Assembly (NCBI GenBank): GCA_951406725.2
Contig: OX597823.1
Coordinates: 86,800,001 to 86,864,000 of the forward strand
Source of the DNA: Octopus vulgaris
Lineage: Eukaryota
Direction of reading: 5' to 3'
Length of the DNA stretch: 64,000 nucleotides
The position numbers and the translations under genes are program-made. The notes below the pieces were generated by a model. It saw nothing but the letters and a program-made list of their open reading frames with translations, was not told the origin of the DNA and did no database searches. Positions 14,412-26,640 of this stretch are shown here, piece by piece (positions within the stretch are counted from its first letter, which is position 1; each line of letters starts with the position of its first letter).

Positions 14412-14415
<4 letters not shown>
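14038..14415 (-). mobile_element. Two tandem 3'-end retroposon fragments embedded in (GATA)n
   Basis: ttattagccacacagggctgcacacaga...tttcgatcaaaagggatcgta occurs twice; an inverted third copy lies at 53690-53825. Confidence 0.75.
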
Positions 14416-14479
<64 letters not shown>

Positions 14480-14480
<1 letters not shown>

Positions 14481-14960
14481 CAGACTATTTTATTGAAACT
14501 GCAAAACTTCACAAACTTAGTGTTTTGTAACAGTTCCACGGAGAGTTGTGATAATACGCAATAGTAAAGAAATTTTTTATAAATTGTGAGTACTTATAAG
14601 TGTTTATGGACACGAATTCAATGAATAATCATTGAAAGCTACTGGACAAACTGTTTTGAAATAATGGTTTGCAGTGTGATACAAATGGGACTTGATCGTG
14701 ACGGAAAAATTCATATCTAAACCAAAGTTGAATGGAAAATGTCTCTGCGCAGTGATTTTATTTTTCTTTCTGCGCATTACCATGAGGCTACTTCAACAAT
14801 TTTTTCGGTGAACGAATTATTTCGGAGAGACTTTGGCCACCAAGATCACTTAATTTAACAGTACCAGACTTTTTTTCTGGGGAGCAAGTAAACGATCACT
14901 GTAAAAGAATCGTCCGAAAACCATTAAACATTTACTGTGGAGGGCCTTTTTGAACACTAT
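14480..14960 (+). mobile_element. Tc1/mariner-superfamily transposase relic
   Basis: ~14800-14885 encodes FFGERIISERLWPPRSLNLTVPDFF, the WPPRSPDLxPxDFFLWG motif. Confidence 0.6.
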
Positions 14961-15164
14961 CTATAATAGATATATTGTAGAAACGATTGAAATATAACCA
15001 GAAGAAGAGACACTATATCATGAATAAATAACTGCAAGTAATTAATATAGAATGCTGTAGAAGTAAGCCCGAAGTGAAAATTAAAATTGAAATGAAAAAA
15101 GAGGGGGCAAGTTAAAAATTATAGTTGTGATCAAATTATGTTTAGTAAAGTAAATTAAACCATT

Positions 15165-15300
15165 GTTCAACTGGTATTTATTTTATCGACCTTGAATGGT
15201 AATTCGACTTCTGTAGATTTTGAACTCAGAACATAAAGATGGACGAAAAGCTGCTAAACATTTTGCTCAGCGTGCTAACGATTCTGCCAACTCGGCGCCT
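15165..15300 (-). mobile_element. SINE family C (Nin/Deu-like core)
   Basis: Reverse complement of the aaggcggcgagctggcagaa...ttctgagttcaaa head. Further degenerate minus-strand copies lie at 24575-24755, 27775-27960, 48780-49000 and 58040-58180. Confidence 0.75.
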
Positions 15301-15429
15301 TTTTAAGTAAGTTATATTAATGAAAAATGAAAATGGGAAAAGTGAAAAGAAAAAAAATAGTGGGAAAGAAGAGGCGTAAAACCACTGTAAGAAAGGAGAA
15401 AGAAAGATCTGGGGATCAAGACGAAGAGG

Positions 15430-15805
15430 ATAACAGCGAAGGCGGAGGTATTGTTTTCAGTCATGTTTGTTTGTTTGTTAGTTTGTCTGTGGACAAGATA
15501 TCTCAAAAGTCGTTGTATATATTTGGGTGAAACTTTCAGGTATGTTTGGACTCATGACTGGAACGAACTGATTAGGTTTGTGGATTGATCCGGTACCGGG
15601 AAAGGATTCTAGATTATTTTTTGCCCCCTTTTTTTTTTAATTAATTTTTGAGAGCTGTGGGGTTCATGTTTAGTATTCTCGTTTACGAGAGCAGTCGAGT
15701 TTATTTCAGATATTCTCATTTTTAAAAAATCATCTCTGGCTAATCGTTGAGATGATGCTGATGTTGCCTTGGAAGAGGTTTGCGCTCTTTACGTGGTTTT
15801 GTTTA
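15430..15805 (+). mobile_element. Helentron-associated interspersed element (HINE/DINE-1-like)
   Basis: aaggcggaggtattgttttc followed by a (GTTT/GTCT)n tract near the 5' end; gccttggaagaggtttgcgctct near the 3' end. Confidence 0.6.
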
Positions 15806-17015
15806 CAATTAACATCGTAAAATATATTTAACCACGAGGACTCATTGGGATATGTTGAGCTTATATATAGAGGAAAAAATAAGATGGGATGGTCACAAAT
15901 CGGAAACTGCTGTGTATAAGTCTGTTTAAGAGAGCTGACCTGGGGTTAAACAAGTAGAACAATGGCAGCGATTGCAGATTGACGTCAATAGTAACTTTGT
16001 TAAAATGAACGAAACATTTAGGAAACGAAATTATATTCAACATTTACTTGCTCAGAGTAGAAAATAAAAAAAGAAGAAACATAATCACATTCAAGCTTAG
16101 AATGTACAAAAATACGTTGTGATACCCGTTAATCTTGTAATTAAAGAGTTAGGTTGATATGAAACAAAATCTGTAAAGAAGAAACATCTTTTGGCTTACG
16201 TATAGCACATCTTTTGCTGACAGAATCTGAAATCATGGGACTGACTTTCGTAAGAAATGGCGTGAGTCAAAGGCAGCAAGATAATTATATATTGAATAAA
16301 ATATCATAGCTCATAGGATACTCTATAATGTATATGTATAAGTGGACATCAACAGCTAATGTCAGTAAGAGGAAGAAGAAGGACAGGAGGCCAGGCTTGA
16401 ATGTTGTAGTGAAAAAGAAGTGAAAATTCAAATAGAAGAAAAGAAACAGAGGTCAGATTGATAGGGAATAATGTAAGTGAAGTGATCGGGGAAATCAGAT
16501 GCGTATATTTTTGTTAAGATCGAAAAAACGTTGTATTACTGTAATCAGCGTTATATGAATAGAATATTTTAAGAAAGGTAAAAGATTCCGACCTTTTTCA
16601 ACCAATTCCACTCTAGCGTTTGATGTTTTCAAGACATGTGTAGTGATATAAACATATATATATTTATGTTCAACTAAAGAACAACAGATAAAAGGTTCCA
16701 ACCTTGGCCATTGTTTACCAGGACCCAATGGCCGCAATTGTCAACACTTTGCGAACATTTTCCTCCTCTTTTCTGTCCAGATAGAATTCTAATATAAAGC
16801 CGCTCTGAATACGTATGAAAGTCTTAATATATTTATGCAATTGTATATTAGTGTATGTAACGATATAGAGTTATGAATACACGGCATCAAACATGCTAGA
16901 AAGAATAAAAAATATATTATTCTAATTTATATGTAAGTAAGAATAGAGGAATTCACTGTTGTTCATATGCTTGTATACAAGCATTACAGCCATACATACG
17001 GATATTCAAAAAGGT

Positions 17016-17048
<33 letters not shown>

Positions 17049-17255
17049 GTATCTATATATATATATATACACACACACACATATATATATAAGCATACAC
17101 ATATACATACACATATATATAATATAATATCTATATACATACATGCATATATATATATGTACATATATACATACATATATATGTATGTACATGTTAGTAA
17201 ATATATGTGTGTATATATGTACATGTAAGTAAATAGATGTATATACATATGTGTG

Positions 17256-17304
<49 letters not shown>

Positions 17305-18196
17305 TGATATAAATACATACACACGCACTTATATATACACATATGCATATTCATGGCTTGTAGTCTGTACACGTGTTGCAACTAGCGAAGTTACAGGAAT
17401 CAAAACAACATGAAGGACATTCTTCTCTGCTATTTATTCGATAATGTCCGTCATGAATAAGGCCTATGATTAAAGAAGAAATACAATCTTAAAGAATACG
17501 AGAGAGAGAGAGAAGAAAAAAAAACTCGAGATAATATATAAATAAAGAATGCAACAAAAAAACTAAGAAGGACACAGAATTCAGAACCTGGAATTTGAAA
17601 ACACAAAAAAGAAAACAGCCTCCCCAAAATAACAGAAATATATATATAATGCAGTTTACAATGATGGCGGTAACATCGGAAAACGCAATATGAAAAGGAA
17701 ATAAACGAAACGCCATTTTTATATGTTGCAATAGAAATCTAATACGTTTGTTATCCCGCTTTGTGGTCATCATTTGTCAGCCCCATGTCACCAAAACTAA
17801 AGCATTTATAAGGCTTTAATTTCTTCTACCCTAGGTATTTTTTTTATTATGATTCATTCACACACTATTGATGAAATTCTCGACATACGCAATGCAACTT
17901 ATATTTTTTATTATTATTCTTTTGCCGTTGCTTAGCCTCTCGCACTTTGTGTCAGTGTAGTTAATTTATGCTTTGGCCTCTATTACTTTATACATGTTCC
18001 TCTATACACGTCACATACGGGTTTTCTTTTTTTTTTATCATATAATAATTCCTTCTCCAAGGAAATTTGTATTCCAGCATAACGTATAATTGAGAGAATA
18101 TTCAAAACTACATGAATCAATCTTAACCTCACTAATAATTAATGGGTTCCTTGGGTAGCCTTCTTTGCTTCGTATCTATCTATCTATCCGGCTGTA

Positions 18197-18265
<69 letters not shown>

Positions 18266-18957
18266 CTGCTTTTCTGTCTGTCTGTTTGTCTATCTACCGA
18301 CCTAACTACCCTTCACTTTTCTCTTTTCTCTGTATATATGTATGTAATTGCATGTGTCTGTTTGTGTGTTTGTGTGTGTATGCGCGTGCGTGTATGCGTA
18401 CGCACATACGTATATGCATTAATTAGACATAGGAAAATAGTAGTTATACACCGCATATGTATATATACATACACACTCAAACTCAAACACACTCACATAC
18501 GCACATGCACCCACCTCATCCTATACACACTAACATATAGACAGAGAAGCAGACAGGCGAACCGGCGGACAGGCAGACAGGCAGGCCGGCAGAAGGGCAG
18601 ACAGACATGTACATACATACTCATATCTATACAAAACTTATATACCCAAATATATACATATACATATATATTAACATACACACAGACACACACACACATA
18701 TATATATATATATACATTAAAAGATATCTTTCATATGCTGGCCACTGATAAAATTTTTTTAATAAAATTTTATCATTATATTAGTATATATACATATATT
18801 CATATATATATATATTTATTTATATATATGTATATATATATATGTATATATATACACATATATACATATATATATATACATATATATATATACATATATA
18901 TACATATATATATATATACATATATATACATATACATATATATACATATATATATAC

Positions 18958-19024
<67 letters not shown>

Positions 19025-19471
19025 GAAGGAGATGTAGATGCAGATATATGAACATATATATATATATAAGTTATGCGATACAAAATAGCAATATATACAC
19101 GCTTGCATACAAAATGCACACAGACACACATACTTATATATAAATATGTATAGCGAAAACAATAGTAAATGAAATCTGTTTCACTTTTCAAATGAAACTA
19201 CTTAGTAAAGGTGACCCGTTCGTAGGTAGTCTGCAGTGCGACATTAATTGAGTTATCTAAAACAATCCAAAATATTGTTTATCGCGAACGAGTTTCAAAT
19301 TACTTTTGCACCAGATGAACCAGCCAGAACAGCAAATTGCAAAAGTGATTCATTTACAATCATTCCGTTTTTCTTTGTTTTATTTTTTCAGTTATTTTAT
19401 TTACTGATGTTGCCTTCTCTCCTATTTTTTTTTAAACGTGATTTTACGAATACATCGCTTTCTAAATGCGT

Positions 19472-19735
19472 AAACAATTGCAGCGTGGAAGGTGTTTATA
19501 AGCCATTTAAAAAACACACAAGAACTTCGTGCTGCACGAAGATGTGTCAGTGAACAGGTCGCGGTCTCAAAGCGACGAAAATATATTGACAAATTGAATT
19601 TAAATTTTGAATTGAATCTAACGGTTTTTGTGTGTTTCTTAAATGGCTTATAAACACCTTCCACGCTGCAGTTGTTTTCGTTCCAGCACACGATCTCAGA
19701 TCAGGTCATTTGCTATACAAGTACATCTCCGTAAA
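19472..19735 (+). mobile_element. PLE pLTR-like element with inverted partial copy (F5)
   Basis: ~54-bp inverted arms at 19472-19525 and 19624-19677 flank an HHR-like motif. Confidence 0.65.
19545..19591 (+). ncRNA. Hammerhead-like motif with G3:C8 compensatory core (GUGAACA)
   Basis: UGUCA-GUGAACA-G-GUCGC-ggucucaaa-GCGAC-GAAA-AUAUAU-UGACA. Position 16.1 is A in this copy. Confidence 0.55.
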
Positions 19736-19868
19736 TGTGTAAAGTTAACTAGAAAACAAGGCATAGCGTGCCAGACACAAAGGAACGAGTGTAAGAGGAG
19801 CTTAGAATGACAAATTCGAATCAGAGTAACGCTAATCTATCATACAACCGTAGACCAAAATTTTTGCG

Positions 19869-19967
<99 letters not shown>

Positions 19968-20789
19968 ACACATACATGGTACTTCGTCCATTACGGTGAC
20001 TAAGGTTCCAGTTGATTCGATCAACGGAACAGCCCTCTTCTGAAATAAACGTCTGAGTAACTGAGCAGTTCACAGACACGTGCACCCTTAACGTATTTCT
20101 TAGGAATATTCAGCGCGATACAGAATGTATCAAGGCTGGCCCTTAAAAATATAGGTACTACTCAAACAACAAATTTAAGTGTGTCTTTTGCGCTAGTAAG
20201 CTATTGTTTAATTAGTAATAAAAGTGATATAAATTAAAATACGGTAACCCGCTAAATTATCTGCTGCCGTATACCTTTTACCAATGAATATACCTACTGA
20301 GGTTATTACCAGAAGTGCCTTTGGATATATCTATGCCTTAGAGCTTTTAAACACCTCTAACTTATACCTGTATATATATATACACACATATACTTCAGAC
20401 CTGTTAGCCTTCATCAGAAAGACTGCGGAAGGCTAACAGGCTGTAGATTTCGAATCAAAGTCACTCCTTTTCTTGTAAATATTTTGTAATTCTTCCAATT
20501 TATTGCTAAATTAGTTTTAATGTGTAATTTCTTAATTTCACGTAAAAAATGGTTTGTATACATATGCCACTCATACCTCCTTGTTTATATATTTTTCATG
20601 AAAGAATTCCATCAATTGGATTTCTTGGATTTCAGCTGCATAGAACTCTGCATTATTATCCTGCTTTTCTATGTCGTCTGCTAGCCGGTTCGCTAGAGGA
20701 GCTTTCTGTGAATCCATACATTACACTACAAATATGTATGTGTGTTTGTGTGTGTATTTGTGAGTGTGTGTGTTTGTATCTGTTTGTGT

Positions 20790-20834
<45 letters not shown>

Positions 20835-20837
20835 TGC

Positions 20838-21575
20838 TCCACCACATCTTGACAGCCAGTGTTGGTATTTTTATATCCACATAACTTACCAGTCTGGCAA
20901 GAGAGATCAGTAGATGAACCACTAGGCTTTAAAAAATAAGCTCTGGTGTTGATATGTTCAACTAAGTCCCTTCAAGTCGGTGTCCCAGCATGGCCACAGT
21001 CAAATGACTGTAGTAAGTAAAACATAAAAGATAGAAGTTTATACAAAAGTAGGAGCTATTGCCAAGATAGTTTATTGAAAAGCAGTGAAGATGCATAAAG
21101 AATTTATGACTAAACTATTTAAGTACAAACGTATAACTTTTTTCCGTTTGTGTATTGAAAGATGGCCGAATCAATGTATTTGAAGAAAACATTAGTGAAG
21201 CTTATAATAATGAAATTAACTGCATTGTTTAAAATACGGGTAATTATTTTATCAGTTTTTATTGCCGAGCCACTACGTTACGTGGACGTTACATTAGTGT
21301 GTTCACGATAATGCTGACCTCATCTTTGTTTAAACGATAGTGCGCTCACGACCAGCCATGCTGTATGATTGAGTTTGAAAGATTGCGTGAAAACACAGGG
21401 CGTGCTACCCAAGCTTGTCAGCGTGGAATTAATAGTAGCTCGAATTTAAATGCTGCGTATGTTAAATGCCATTTATCTCTCATTTCATGGAGTACTTCTT
21501 TGTTTATCTCACTTTACTGTGCAGCAGTTTTACATGTATACACACATACATACATATATATACACATATATACCG

Positions 21576-21656
<81 letters not shown>

Positions 21657-22070
21657 AGTAGGAGTGGCTGTATGGTAGGTAGCTTGCTTATGAACCACAT
21701 GGTTTCGAGTTCAGTCCCATTGCGTGGAACCTTGGGCAAGTGTCTTCTACTATAGCCTCGGGCCGACCAAAGCCTTGTGAGTGGATTTGGTAGACGGAAA
21801 CTGAAAGAAGTCCGTCGTATGTATATATATATAAACGTATAGCTTTTTCCGGTCGTGTGTCGAAAGATGAACGGAAACAAACCAACACTGGTTATCAAAC
21901 AGTGGGAACAAAAACACAGACTTGGTAATATATACACACTTATGCGATGGGTGTTCACTCACAAAGGCATTAGTCGTCCCAGGGTGGTAATATGAGGTGC
22001 CGTACTGTGGGACTGAACCAGAAATTTTTGGACTGCAAAGCTAGCTTGTAAACCCCACTGTCATGACTGC
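20838..22070. mobile_element. SINE family A pieces (tail + 20838-21035; head + 21655-21820; minus fragment 21840-22070)
   Basis: Head has A-box/B-box-like motifs (gtggctgtatggt; ggtttcgagttcagtccc) followed by ccttgggcaagtgtctt (CORE-like). Confidence 0.75.
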
Positions 22071-22796
22071 GCATATACTTCGATTATTCTCCATAAGCAC
22101 ATGGAAATGTGTAATAAAGTTTTGAGAGATGACCCAATGATTTAAGTATCTCTACCTGAACATAAAAGTTCAAGTGTGTTATTCTGTAATTCATTTCATA
22201 TTTTCAGTCCTAGAATTGTGAGTATAATTATCCATCGCCTCCAGCGAGTTTAAATAATTAATAGATACTTCAGTCTGTTGCATATTCTATCGAACAAATT
22301 TGGCGAGTCGTTACGCTGAGCATTTTGCGACACCATTTTTTAAACCAGCCGTCTCCATCATACATATATAGACATAGAAGAGAAACGCAAAAAATTATAC
22401 GATGCATACAAACACATGCAAAGCAAGATGAGTTACACAGACAAAATACGCACTCACGCACACACACACACACATATACATATGTGTCTATCCATGTATA
22501 CATACACACCAGAGGCTCCCGGGGAAAACAATAACCTAGGGCCAACTATAAGCACAAACACAGCACACATAGCTTGGCTTTGGGCTCCCTAGATCCGTGT
22601 GGTCCCAGGACAAGCGCCGAATGTTCGCTTGCTTTGAGATTGCACTACACACACACACATACACACAAACACACACATTATTTACAGGATAGTAAAAACG
22701 ACGCCGTATAAAAAAAACATTCGCACCGAAATGTGTGCGTATGTGTGTGTGTGTGGATGGATGGATGGATGGATGGATGGATGGATAGATAGATAT

Positions 22797-22856
<60 letters not shown>

Positions 22857-23344
22857 TTATATAGATCGATAGATTGACAGATAGGTAGATAGAGAGGTAG
22901 ATAGATAGGTAGATAGAGAGAAAGAAAGACAGACAGACAAAGAGACAGAAAAACAGGGTATGCATGGATGGATTGGTGGATGAATGAGTGGAAGTTTGAA
23001 TAGATGGATCGATCGATGGCTAGGTTCTGGATGGATAGACAGATTAATAGAATAAAGGCGGTGCGAAGTGCAGCATTCGTTCAAAGATATCGGGCTCCGT
23101 GGTGGGTCCCACAATCCGCACCAGTATTCAGTGTTGAACGACGCAGGTCATGATCACAGCAGCACACATCAATGTGTGCAGTCGAAGCCAAATAGCAGAA
23201 ATAATATATAAAGAAAAAAAACAAAAAAAAAAACACGTATCCAATGCTGCGTCGAACATACGTTTCTTTCGGTATATATATGTGTATGTATGTATGCGTA
23301 TATGTATGTGTTTATATGTGTGTGTGCACCGGTGTGTGTGTCTC

Positions 23345-23419
<75 letters not shown>

Positions 23420-23610
23420 GCACGCGCATATGCATATGGTGTTCCCTGGTAACCACTTAATGTAAGGGAGATAATCATTTCTACACAACGGGATATGAAG
23501 CTTATATATAACATGGATATGTTGAGCATATATTTGCATGTATACATATATATATACATATATACATATATATATACATACATATATGTATAAATATGCT
23601 TTTATATATG

Positions 23611-23647
<37 letters not shown>

Positions 23648-24797
23648 GGAGAGAGAGAGAAAGAGATAGATGTATGCATGTGTGTATGTGTGTGTGTGTG
23701 TGTGCATGTACATGAAACTGAGAGAGAGAGAGAGACAAAGAGAGTGAGAGAGAGACCGAGACAGACTGGTAGGGAGGCCTACTGACTGATAGACAGGTGG
23801 CTGGCGGTAAGAGTGATTTACAGTAATACAGACAATGAAATATAATAAAAATATTGATAAAAAAAAAGCATGCAGAAAATGTAATCTCGTTCATTTCTCC
23901 TGAAACATCCAATATTCCGTCAAGATTACATTGTTAAACTGAAATCCTCATGAGCCTAATTCACAGAATGATAGATAGTCTTCAGCATTGAACGTACGGC
24001 CCTGCACTTGATACACTGCATATGAAACAATGTTCTCATTTCTTACCCTTAAGTCTTAATTGCTTATTGAACTCATAAACAGAAAACCACTATTATAGAC
24101 GCCATACTACAACTTTTGTTTGGGACGCTTATTTGTTCTGTATCGATTCTTCATTGAAAAATATAACAATTGGTATTTTCTTTAACTCGGGTGATATCAA
24201 TGCATTGTCAGGAGTGCTTTTATTTGTTCTGCATATGTTTCCAATTATTCTTTTGTTGACTGTGGGATTTTTTTTCCCATTTATGTCACGTGAGCTATTC
24301 AAGTATTTTGTATGTTTTATTATTGTGTGTTATTTTAGAGATGTACCTGTATTCTGCTTCCAGAAACTTACTATTTATACGTCATAGAATAAAATATTAT
24401 TATAATTTGTGTACAAATCATTATGATTATTTTGCGCGGCAATGAGAACAACAATAATTGTTTCAAGCACAAAGGGCAGCAAACAGAAGCTTGAAATCGC
24501 TTTCGGCTCAATTTCTAAGATGAACGTCCTTGCCTTGTCTGGGTTTCAAAATTTGATACAACGCCAGTAATTTCGAGGGCGAGGGTAAGTTGCTAACATC
24601 GATCCCAGTGCTCGAGTACAACTTATTTTATCGATCTCGTAATGAATGAAAGCAAAGTCGGCTTTGGTGAGATTTGAGCTCAAAAAAACAAAGACGAATG
24701 AAATGATGTTAAACATTTTAATCGATTTGCTAACGTTTCGGCCAGCTCCACGCATTGTCCTTGCCCTAAAATTAAGTATTTGTATTATATGCTTATG

Positions 24798-25045
24798 TGG
24801 AGGCGCGTGGCTTAGTGGTTAGGGTGTCAGCACCATGATCGTAAGATTGTGGCTTCGATTCCTGGACCGGGCGACGCGTTGTGTTCTTGAGCAAAACACT
24901 TCATTTCACGTTGCTCCAGTCCACTCTGCTGGTAAAAATGAGTAACGCTGCAATCGACTGGCGGCCCGTCCGGCTGGGGAACAAATGCGCCTTTGAAACC
25001 GGGCCCATGAGCCTGGCTATGTTTTAAAAGGGCGCATTTATTTAT
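24798..25045 (+). mobile_element. SINE family B (tRNA-derived head)
   Basis: ggaggcgcgtggcttagtggttaggg (A box), ttcgattcc (B box), gtgttcttgagcaaaacact core. A related minus copy lies at 27400-27695. Confidence 0.8.
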
Positions 25046-25249
25046 TTTTTATTATGTGTTTATAGCATAACTGCTACTTCACTCAAAGGCAGATGATGCC
25101 TAGCTTAATTATTTTTCCAAGATGGTCACTATAGATCGATATGCTTGTATCGTGTGTCTGTGGCATAGAGACTGCCTCACCCAAACTGAAATTATTTCTA
25201 GTTGGGGTATTTTCCACGTGTGGTTAATACAGGACAAAAATGTAGTACA

Positions 25250-25830
25250 AGGTAAAATAAATGTGGGGAAACGATGAAATTGATGTAAAAGAGTAAGTCT
25301 ATTTAGGGTACACTGTGATTATACACCAAGGCATGCAAGCTGAAATTTGGTAGAGAATAAGTACAGGATGGAAGGCGTCTGCTTCAATAAAAGATGTGCT
25401 CAAAGCAAAGATGGACAAGAGCGTCACATGCGAGTCTCTTCAATAGTACCGTTCTTCCTGCGCTCTTATATGGAAGTGAGATGTACGTTACGAAGACAGA
25501 AGAATACCGGTTCGTTACGACACAAAAGGCTATGGAAAGGTCCATGCTAAGGATATTTTTGCGAGGGCAAATTTGAAATGGAGTACGTGGTGATTGCAGA
25601 ATACCGAAATCACAAGTTCCGCTGGGCCAGATATAGATATGCCACAAGTTTTACAGACACCAGATGGGCCTATGCAGTTGCCGAGTGGCATCCAAGAGGT
25701 CAGAAAAGGCCACTCAGAAGGACTCCATGACGATGAGAAAGTAATTCAGTTTAACGAAATGAGCCAAGATGGAAAAAAAGAACAAAATCAAGGAAGAATT
25801 AGAATCGCATTGTGACAAGCGGTTTATAAC
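25250..25830 (+). mobile_element. RTE-clade LINE ORF fragment
   Basis: LFNSTVLPALLYGSEMYVTKTEEYRFVTTQKAMERSMLRI, typical of the RTE post-RT region; contains stops and frameshifts. Confidence 0.8.
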
Positions 25831-25839
25831 AACATCCGA

Positions 25840-25881
<42 letters not shown>

Positions 25882-26070
25882 TGGACTGCGGCCAACACGA
25901 CGGTAACACGGAGTGGGACGGAACCTGAAACCACGTGGCTGCAAAGTGAGTTTGAAATCACACACTCATATCTACGCATACACTCACATATATACATACG
26001 TGTGTATTTTATATATATTCATATTATACACATACAGACACTCACACACACACACACATATACATATATA

Positions 26071-26115
<45 letters not shown>

Positions 26116-26184
26116 ACAATTTAATAAATAAAACATATGCATACATACATACATATATGTACATACCTACATCTATATGTATAT

Positions 26185-26640
26185 ATACATGCATATATGA
26201 GTACAGGACACCACAAATAAACGTAGAACACAACGAGAAACGAAAACATAAAATCAAACAAGGCAACGAACTTTTATTAACCACGAAAAAACAGAGTACA
26301 CGACAAACAATACAAGGAATATTCCCCTCCATCAGCTGCCCCTGTTTCGACGCAATGCGTGTTTCGAAGGTAAGGGCAGAACACGAATTAAATAAAATTA
26401 TTTTGCAGAGGGGTAAAACAAGTGACAAGAACAGGACATGAAGAAAAAAACAGTACAAATAAAGAATAAAAACAGGACAAGGAAACCAACAGTAAGGGCT
26501 TTTTTAAGCCTAGACGGTGGAAAAAATCGTGAGAACGCATTCTAAAGATCGGCTTGCGGAAGACAGAAGAAAGTCGATTTTGACTTGTTGAAAGCTCTGG
26601 GCAGAAAGAAAGTTAGTAGTCGTCCGGTCAGAGACGAGAG
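26185..26640 (-). mobile_element. Short PLE pLTR-like element family F6
   Basis: The end motif gcatatatgagtacaggacaccac recurs at ~2588 and inverted at ~32480. Carries the permuted HHR-like motif. Confidence 0.6.
26324..26389 (-). ncRNA. Candidate non-circularly permuted (pseudoknotted) hammerhead ribozyme
   Basis: Minus strand reads AAUuCGUGU-U/CUGCCCUU-a-CCUUC-GAAACACGcAUU-gcgucgaaac-AGGGGCAG-CUGAUG(G)-A-GGGG. All three stems pair, but the strand order is non-canonical. Confidence 0.6.

Noticed and set aside
14038-14415. Repeat-spacer-like layout suggestive of CRISPR
   Set aside because: Eukaryotic context, only two long units separated by microsatellite, and no cas genes.
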